64,000 nucleotides of DNA from the human T2T-CHM13v2.0 reference genome, Homo sapiens: NCBI RefSeq assembly GCF_009914755.1, contig NC_060925.1; one strand, given 5' to 3'. A program made the translations under genes and the position numbers. Under the pieces are notes generated by a model. That model made no database searches. It was given only the letters and a program-made list of their open reading frames with translations, and was not told the origin of the DNA. Shown here one piece after another: positions 51,741 to 64,000 of this stretch (the stretch's first letter is position 1; the number at the start of each line of letters is the position of its first letter).

Positions 51741-52532
51741 TTAATACCCTCATCAAACCATATAGGTAAACACTTAGTAGACTCACTGGATGGTTGGTTA
51801 CAAGAGCTTCTTATAAAATCAAACATACTTTAGATTTGTGTTTTCTCTCATAATTATTCTTGATTGTTTATTTGAGCCAAAAGCTATGAAAAGTTTGTGT
51901 AAGGAGTGGGATTTAATAAAAATTTGTTGGATGAGTAATTGAAAGAATGAATCCATGGCGATAGATTCAGCTGCACCTGAACATGAGCAGAGTCATAAAT
52001 TTACTTTAATCAAGTGCTAGAAAATCATAATTAAGTTATGGCATTGTCTAAAATTATTTTGAAGGATAAAATTTTAGGATGAACTTGAAATACTTCTAGG
52101 AAATGTCATGAAGCAGAGTAATCTATATATATGAATTAATATTTTATGATTATGAGATATTATTGCAGAGTCTTATAATTTCCTACTGCTCTATTTTAAA
52201 TTCAATGAATCAGTTGGAAAAACTGGCACCTGCTAAAGATATGGAAGGAATTTTTCCATTTTTAATGACAGGTACATTGAGATAAACTGTCTCATGACAA
52301 AGCCCATTTTGGCATTTGGAAGTAGCATTGTTTGGTAGGAGTTTTACTGACTGTATTTGTTTGCTCAGATGTTTCTTTAGTGGTGTCCCCCACTGCTGAA
52401 TATTTTATTATTTGTTTTTGTAGAAATTTAGGAAGAGAATTTAAAAGATTGTTAATCTGCATCTGAATGTGTACACGTGAGTATTGAGGGTGATTGGGAG
52501 AGAAATTGGGGGCATGTTGAGATGATAATGAT

Positions 52533-55160
<2,628 letters not shown>

Positions 55161-55520
55161 CTAAGTGTCTCCCAAGAATCCTATTTTTCTGACCTCATTC
55201 CTCAGTAACTGGTTAACTTTCCCAGAACAGCAAGAACTTATTGGTTCTGCAAGCCATTTTTCATCAGAGAGCTATGCCTGAGAAAGAGCATTTACAACAC
55301 TTGTGAGTTGCATTTTGATGCATAATGGTTTATGACTCCTTTCAGAAGTCAGCTTTGCAGAAGCAATAATCCCAGTGACGAAAACCTCTTTTTCTCTAAG
55401 TAATTGCACAGAGTATGGAACTGAGACTGAAAATAGTTGTTCAAGAGACAGTGAGTGCTGAGAACTGTTAGCTAGGTGTAAAATGGATGGGGATCACATA
55501 TGCTCATCTTGCTTGGATTA

Positions 55521-55793
<273 letters not shown>

Positions 55794-56585
55794 TTATCCT
55801 TTTTGTTCCTCCCCCATCTCCACTGCAACCCCTGCTCTATTCTGTATCTTAAAATATTATATCTGAACTCCAGGGGTGATTTAGTTTTGTACCAGACATT
55901 GTGGTGAAATCAGACCCAGCATAGGTAAGTATTAGAAGAGACAATTCACCCCACTCTTCAGTAAACAGCAACATTCATGTGCTCAGAGAAAGCTTCATTG
56001 CAAAAGGAAGGTGATAAGAGAACTCAAGCATAAGGATTGAAATGCATAAATGAAGCCAATAGAGTTGGACCCATTCTTCCAGCCTCATCCAAGAGTGTCT
56101 ATCTGCTCTCCTCTCCCTTTGGCTCAGTCTAGCCTCCTGCGGTTAGGAGGGTATAACCTTTAAAGTTAGCAAAGCTTCTAGTGGAAAGATAAGTCACACC
56201 AAGAAAATTAACCCCTATGTTTGCAGGTGGTAACAACATGCTTTAACCAAGAAGACATGATTCCATGTCCCGACCCCTTATTCATTCATTTCCCATCCTT
56301 TAAATGCTTCTACATTTTCATTGCAATAGAGATCTGATCCTGTGCCTTGTTGAATAATATTCATGCCTATGACTTCTAAACAATTTATGTTTTTTTTAAA
56401 AAGAAAATGATCAAAGAAGTTCCATAATCAAGGAATGCATTTGGGTGGTTGGCGCTCCCAGTTTATTATTATTAATAGGGGTTGACATAGACTTAAAGTG
56501 TGTTTCCTTTGAAATCCTCTTGCAATCTCACATATAAGCAAAACAGCAACTGAAATCCCAAGTATGCTCAAGCAGATGGACTTAC

Positions 56586-56662
56586 CTAGTTCACAAGCGA
56601 GAGCAGGTAGAACGTGGGGCAGCGGGCTGTGAGCTGACAGCAGGAGCTGGAACCTTTTATTG
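56586..56662 (-). promoter_or_regulatory. TCHHL1: TCHHL1 non-coding exon 1 and variant TATA (AATAAAA)
   Basis: TAG|GTAAGT donor at 56586/56585; CAATAAAAGG at 56653-56662. Confidence 0.8.
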
Positions 56663-58225
56663 AGGTCCTAATTGCACAGTTAAGAAGGAGACACCCTCTG
56701 GGTCTAATGACCTGACATCACCACCAAATCCAGTCTCCCCTGCTCTGTTGTCAGTTGTCTTAATTTTATTTCCTTCTTTAGGCAGTTTCAATTAAATCTT
56801 AGCTTCAGATGCATCAAAAGAAAGGGGAGGGGGTTTCTTGATTCATTTACTGACTTTTGCAGATTATAGTTTTGAAGGCTCTTCAAGGTAGTGTTGGCTT
56901 CCCTCCCCCATTTTTTAACCTAAGGACATAATTACATTTCTGTCTGACAAATCATAGTGCTGGCAGGGACCTCATAAGTCATCTGATTCCTCTGTCTGCC
57001 CACAAGATGGCCCGTATTTGACCCAAACCTGAGAGATGGGTGTCAATCATGTGTTTAAAAATAAAGGCCCCCATTTAGCCATGTGACAAAAGTGGAGATA
57101 CCAGTTGATTCAGATGTTTCAATGCTTTGCTCTCCTTGCCCAGAGGCAGAGTTAGAAAAAAAAAAAAATTCTTGCTTGGTGTGCAAAGCCTTGCTTACCT
57201 ATGTTGTGCTATTTTAAAAACGTGATTGATATTTGCTTTCTAAAGACATTTTTACTATACAAGGAGCTTGAAACCAATAATCTATATTACTGTGTTCTCC
57301 CTGTAAAGGGGAAAGGGAGATGTTGAAATCATCAAGCTGAGAACAGAAGTGAGTCTGAGATGCTGAACTGGCAAACATTTTAATTGTCTCCTAGATCTGG
57401 GTCCTTCTTAGTAGAGAATATTTAATAAAATAAGAATTAGATTCAATGGTTTTCTTAGATATTTTTAAAAAATAGAGTATGTTTTAAAACACTCCTTGTC
57501 AAAGGATGGAAGAAATAGACAGATCAATGCAAACAAATATAAAAGACACAGACCAAGTTAAAGATGGGGTGGGAATGGGGGTAATTATATGAGAAAGCTG
57601 AAGCTAAGGGATGCATTGCTATTGAGCAAAAACCTTATTCTGAATTTCCTGATTATCGAGGAACATACAAGGGAACTAAATTTTGGGGAAAAACATTCAT
57701 ACTGATACTTTACACCTACAAACAATTTCTCAGCATCCTCCCAAAGGGAGAAGACTTCTGGGAATTGGAATTGGCATGTGAAGGTCATCTTAGTTCTGAT
57801 TAGTTAATATCCCCAGAGTACCAGCTATTTCTCAACACTATGCCAGGAACTGGAGTATTTAGAGTTGAGTAAGTTATATCTTCCTGCTCTGGAGCTCATG
57901 GGCCAGTCTCATGAAGAACTGGGTATATTCAAGGCTGGATTGGAAAGAAACACTTATGGGAGACATAATAACTGTCTTCAAATACTTGAAGGATTTTTAT
58001 GGGTGTGGAAGAGAAAAGAATTAATGTTTATTGAAAACTTATGACATGTCAGGAGCTTTACATGGGCTATCTTAATCCTCACAGCCCTTTTAGGTAGTTA
58101 TTATCCTCTTTTAACAGATAAGGAAGTTAAGGCTGTTAAGCAATTTGCCTACAGATATGTACCTTTACTAGGTAATGGCAGAGTCAGGATTCAGAAATGA
58201 AAGGTTTCAAGAAAGTATGTCTCTG

Positions 58226-58570
<345 letters not shown>

Positions 58571-60428
58571 TTATTTGTGTAATGCCCGGTAATACAGCTG
58601 GAATCAATGCTTAAAACTTTCTAAAAAGCAGACTCCAGCTCTTAAGAACTTTCTAAGGAGCAGAGTTGTCTGACAATGACTTGGGCCACTACTAGAGCAA
58701 TGAACTGTTCCTATACAGGCTGAATCATGATCTGTTGGCTAGGTTTTGGGAGAAGTCTTGCCATGGGAAGACGTAAGAGAGGAGTGGCTTACAGTGAATG
58801 GTACAGAACTCTTTCAACTTTAAATGTCTATAGTTTTATGTTATTGTTTCTATTTAGAAAGTTAGAGTTGGATCTTGCCTTGTCTCTAAACAGTGGCTCT
58901 GTAACTCTTTTATAGGCATTCCTGCTTTTTTAGTGCTTACTCAAGACCATTTAATTAATATCCATACTCTGGGTGGGTGGTGACTAAGAGGGATGGCCAC
59001 AGGAGGAAAGAGATTGCTCTCTGTCCAGTGCTAAAAAAAAGTATTTGGATTGCTGTACAAAAAGCCACAAACAAATCAACCATTACCAAAGAGAAGATCT
59101 TGTTTGCCCTTTCTTCTCCTTCAAAACAAATCCCTCTAACAGCCCTGTCTAATTTTATATGGGGATAGTATAGAAAGGAAGAGGCAAGGTGGAGTTGGAG
59201 GCTGAGGGAGAAGAACACAACGAAAATATATTGATTAATATAGAACTATCTTTAAGAGCCAATTACTCTTCAAAGGCCACAACTGAAATCTTGAGTGAGG
59301 ACTTTAGATAAAACCTATGATGGCTACTTTGAAAAGAAATGGCTAATAAAACAATTTTTAATGATTGTAATACTGGAAAATTTGGCAAGCAAAAAAGGGC
59401 TTCAGCTTATATTTATATTTTCAGTATCTTTTTTACTTACAGAAGTAACAGGAGTTTGTTCAAGATGATGATGGACTAAAAAAATGTATATTCTAAAGTC
59501 CCTAAACTTCTAAAAGGATCAATATACAAAAAGAAAAAAATAAACTGGAATTATAAACAGAAATAAAGGAGAACCATAACTGAGTAAGAGATTTCAATAA
59601 ATTTATGGAAAATGGAAAGTGGATGGTAGAATGTTCATGACTGAAATAATTGGAGAAAGGCCTCAGCCCAGAATGTATTATGAGGGCATGGCAGAGGTGA
59701 AGGCAAATCTGAACCTAGAAAAGCACTGCACTCAGAATTAGCAGGTATGATGGAAGTATGAATGAGAAGTGGGGCTGTAAACAGGCACAGTAGTTGAAGG
59801 TTTGTATAAGGGACTCTCTCTCCGTGGTCATTCCCATCTCTCTCCTCCACTTTACAGTATGGAACATAGACATATGGGCATCTACTTTCTAATCTCGCCA
59901 GCAAAATTCCACATGACTGTTTCCTAAAGAAATTGGACAAACTTCTTACAAATACTAAATGTAAGTTCCTTGAGGGCAGGACTCTGTGTGCTTTATTTTC
60001 CACTTTATCTTCAGAAGTTAGGAGAGTACCTGGACTGTAGTAGGTGCTCTGTCAGTATTTGTTGACCAACTAATAGACTGTCTGAAAGACATCTAGTATT
60101 AATATTGTTGCTACAGGAAAACCTGCTTTATGATAGCATTTAGAGGTAGGGGAAATTTGTAGCCTGATAGCCATTTACTTGCAAATTGAAAGACCTTTTC
60201 CCCAAACCTGCCACAAAATTCCTACTTAGTGTAAAAATGGCCCTATTTATGCAAATCAGGAAAAACCAGATCTTTTTATTGATATAAATGGGCAACTAAG
60301 ACTATTTAAACATATGAATAAGTCAACAGCTGGAAAGAGAAAGAACAATATTGCACTTAAAAAAACTGACCCTAGAGGAAATAGAAATAATTCAGATAAC
60401 AGAAGAAAAGTTAAAAATTCTAATTAAT

Positions 60429-60946
60429 ATTTTTAATTTTTTGAGGAGCTTCCATACTGTTTTCCATAATGATGGTACCACTTTACATATTTACCAATGT
60501 GTACGAGGGTTCCCTTTTCTTCACTGCCTTGCCAAAACTTGTTGTCTTTTGTCTTTTTGATACTAGCCATTTAAAAAGGTGTGAGGTGATATCTTATTGT
60601 GGTTTTAATTTGCATTTACCTGATGATTGGTGATGCTGAGCATTTTTCAAATAACATGTTAGCTATTTGTATATCTTCTTTTGAGAGATGTCTATTCAGG
60701 TCCTTTGCCCATTTTTAAATTGGATTGTTTACTTGCTATTATTTGAGTTCCTTATATATTTTGTATATTAACCCCTAGCATTCTACTTCTGGCTATGTAT
60801 CCTAAGGAAATGTAATCAGTATGTCAAAGAGATATCTGCATTCTCATGTTCACTGCAGCACAGTATTCACAATAGCCAAGATATGGACACAACCTAAGTG
60901 TCCATCAATGGATGAATAGATAAAGAAAATGTGATATATATATGTG

Positions 60947-60979
<33 letters not shown>

Positions 60980-61617
60980 ATAGAATACTATTCAGCCTTT
61001 AAAAGAAAGGAAATGCTATCATTTATGACAACATTGATGAACTTAAAGGACATTATGCTAAGTGAAATAAGCCACGCACAGAAAGATAAATACTGCATAT
61101 CTCATAAGTTGAACTCATAGATGCAGAGAGTAAAATGGTGGTGACCAGGGACTGCGTGGAAAGGGCAAATGAGGAGATGTTGGCCAAAAGATACAAAATT
61201 TCTGTTAGACAGGAGAATTATGTCTGGAGATCTATTTTACAGTATGATGACTATAGTTAATAATAATGTATTGTATACTTGAACATTGCATACAGAGTAG
61301 ATTTTAAATGAGATAAGCATGTGAGGTGATGGGTGTGTTAATTAGCTTGATGTAATCATTTCACAATCTATACATGTATCAAAACATCACATTGTACATC
61401 ATAAATATATGAAACTTTTCTTATTATTTTCATTTAAATAGGTCTTTTCTTCTTTGTAAAACATTTGTACAAATTTATGGGGTACATGTGAAATTTTGTT
61501 ACATGTATATAACAAAATTCATATAGTGGTCAAGTTAGGGTATTTAGGGTGTCCATCCTCCAAGTACAATACTTTTTTGTGCAACTTTGGTTTATCAATT
61601 TAAAAATAAATAAAAAC
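60429..61617. mobile_element. 5'-inverted L1 (minus 60430-60775, plus 60775-61615) with a nested antisense L1 3' fragment (~61420-61580)
   Basis: Orientation switch at ~60775; TSD aattctaattaat at 60416-60428 and 61618-61630. Confidence 0.8.
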
Positions 61618-61754
61618 AATTCTAATTAATGTATTCCAAAGAGTTTAAATGAGACAAGACCAAAAGGCAAAAGAGGCAACTGGAGAACAAAAAAGTATTT
61701 TTAGATTCAAAATAACTTCTAAAATAAAAAAAAACAAAGTTGACAAAATCTTTT

Positions 61755-61950
61755 GCAATGGTGTTATCCAATAGAACTTTATATATTTGCACTGTCCAGT
61801 ATGGTAGCCACTAGCTATATATGGCTACTAAGCACTTGAAATGGGACTAGTGTGACTGAGGAACCAAATTTTTAATATTAGTTAATATTTATTAATTAAA
61901 ATTTAAATGTAAGCAGCCACATGTGGCTAGTGACTACCTTATTGGACAAT
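61755..61950. mobile_element. hAT-Charlie MITE relic (MER3/MER33-like)
   Basis: gtccagtatggtagccactagc...gccacatgtggctagtgactacc inverted structure. Confidence 0.7.
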
Positions 61951-62312
61951 ATAGTTTAGAATGTACAACAAAAAGAGAAAGAAATGTAAGAGGTGGGAGA
62001 AAAGAAGAAACATATATAATCAACTTAAGAGATCCCACTTTCAAGTAATAAGAAACTTGGAAAGATAAAATGGGAAAAAAGGAAATACATTTATCAAAGA
62101 ATTGGTGAATATTTCTTAGAGACTTCCACAAAGTGTTCACTAGATTTATCCTTGGACATTTTAGAACACCAAGAATGAGGAAAAGAATGGTCAATTATCT
62201 TGCTCAAGGCTATAAATTTATTAAGTGGTAAACCCAGTTTTTGCTCTCAGGCAGTCTTACTTCTATGCCTATATGCTCAATATCACAATATAGATATTTA
62301 TTGGTTACCTAG

Positions 62313-62683
62313 TGTATTAGTCCGTTTTCATACTGCTATGAAGAAATACCCAAGACTGGGTAATTTATGAAAAAAAAAAAAAAAAGAGATTTAATGGACT
62401 CACAGTTCCACATGGCTAGGGAGACCTCACAATCATGGCGGAAGGCAAAGGAGGAGCAAAGGCACATTTTACATGGAGGCAGGTAAGAGCACATGTGCAA
62501 GGCAGCTGCCCTTTATAAAACCATCAGATCTCATGAGACTTATTCACTATCACAAGAACAGCATATGAAAACCCACCCCCATGATTCAATTGCTTCTCAC
62601 CAGGTCCCTCCCACTATACATGGGGATTATGGGAGCTACAATTCAAGATGAGATTTGGGTGGGGACACAGCCAACCCATATCA
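62313..62683 (-). mobile_element. MaLR solo LTR (THE1/MST type)
   Basis: tgtattagtccgttttc...ccatatca termini, ~370 bp. Confidence 0.9.
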
Positions 62684-64000
62684 TCAAATATTAGCATCTG
62701 TCCATGGAAAAAATATGGCATATTTGCTTGTATTAGAAATGTAAAAATGTAAATGATACTGTCAAAAGTTGAGGGAAAAAGCAAAATAAGTATATTATTT
62801 AGAATTAGATAAGTAACAAAATTGAAAAATAAAAACATCAAACCTTGAGATAAAGAGAAGCGAGGTAGTGTACAAGTGATTTAAATCCTTGCCTGCCATA
62901 CTGGAGATATCACTTAAAATTGGTAATTTTTACTCTCAGAGGTTGCTGCCAGAAGAATAAACATAAAACATTTAAAGAGAACTTTTCCTCTGGGGAATGG
63001 GACTGGGGTTGAAGAAATGTGGAGCAGGACACTTATTTATTTATTCATTTTTATGGTAAGCTTTTCTATACTATTTGATATGTTATCATTTATATTCTGA
63101 ATTAGTTTAATATAATAATTTTTTGATTTTATGAATACCTATTACAGAATATACAGAGGAGAAATTAACATTTATCAACTATCCTTACTTAATAAGCATT
63201 TTATGTGTGCAAACCTTATCTTCCCAACTGCATTTTAAATACCTGGAGGTAGAGACTGAATTATAGATTATTTGTGGTAATTAGCTTTTCTAGAAGAAAT
63301 ATAATAAAAAAAACCACTTGAGTTAGAATTAGACAATCTTGTTTCAAAACCCACCTCTACCACTTATCATCCATATATCACCAGTGTTTACATTTTGTGT
63401 ATATATTTTTTCTCATTTTCTCTCAAATTGCTATTACAAAACTGAAATCATTCTGTTCATACCATTTTGTAATTTTCTTTGTTTTATAAGATGAACAGAT
63501 TTTTAGTACATTAAGTATCTTTCTACATGTTTTGATATGTACATAGCAGTTCATTCTATGAATATACTACAGAATATGTAACCATCCTTTTTTTGATATC
63601 TTGTTTCCAGTTTTTCACTATTATGAGTCATGGTATGATGAATATCTTGTAGTTAAATCTTTGTGCACACTGTAATCAAACTTTTAAAGAGCCATAGTCT
63701 CCTCCAAATTATCCCTTCTTAAAAGGCCCTTTTTAACAAGCACAGTTTTGAAAATGAAATGGCTGATGTTTATTATAGCTACCATATCATTTTGTGTGTA
63801 AGTAGAAAAAATGTTTTCAAGAGTTGTGCAAGCACTTAATAGCGTATTGAGGCCCTTGTATAATCAACATGCACAGTGTATTTATGTCCATATTGCAGGA
63901 ATTCTTTCAATGCCTGTTAGATGACCAAGAAATAACTGTTGAATGAACAAATGAGGAAGTCCATATGGATCTACCTCTGAACTTCAGTAATTATCTAATC

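Overview
Human DNA, recognisable as the proximal edge of the epidermal differentiation complex (1q21.3). Two intact minus-strand genes flank the window: S100A11 (CDS 4458-4460, 1193-1345, 208-369; 105 aa) and TCHHL1 (CDS 55572-55709, 52533-55109; 904 aa). Between them, hidden from the ORF track by frameshifts, is a complete decayed S100-fused-type protein (SFTP) gene on the minus strand (~36300 to ~26050). It has a TATA box, a non-coding exon 1, an S100 pseudo-EF-hand exon 2, and a ~5 kb exon 3 with a canonical EF-hand followed by ~90 degenerate 45-nt (15-aa, RHQVRDxSPxPRxDG) repeats and a unique tail. This is a lost trichohyalin-like gene of about 1,600 aa. A 4.3 kb TSD-flanked chimeric retrocopy (45481-49773) joins the spliced 5' part of SPTLC1 to an exonised Alu interrupted by an SVA2-like element, and carries an intact antisense NPAP1/POM121-related (UPF0607-type) ORF. 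The window also holds a piggyBac transposase fossil, a candidate distal S100A11 first exon, a strong CTCF motif, and many Alu/L1/L2/LTR/DNA-transposon relics. Gene and repeat-family names come from recognising the sequence by eye, not from a database search.
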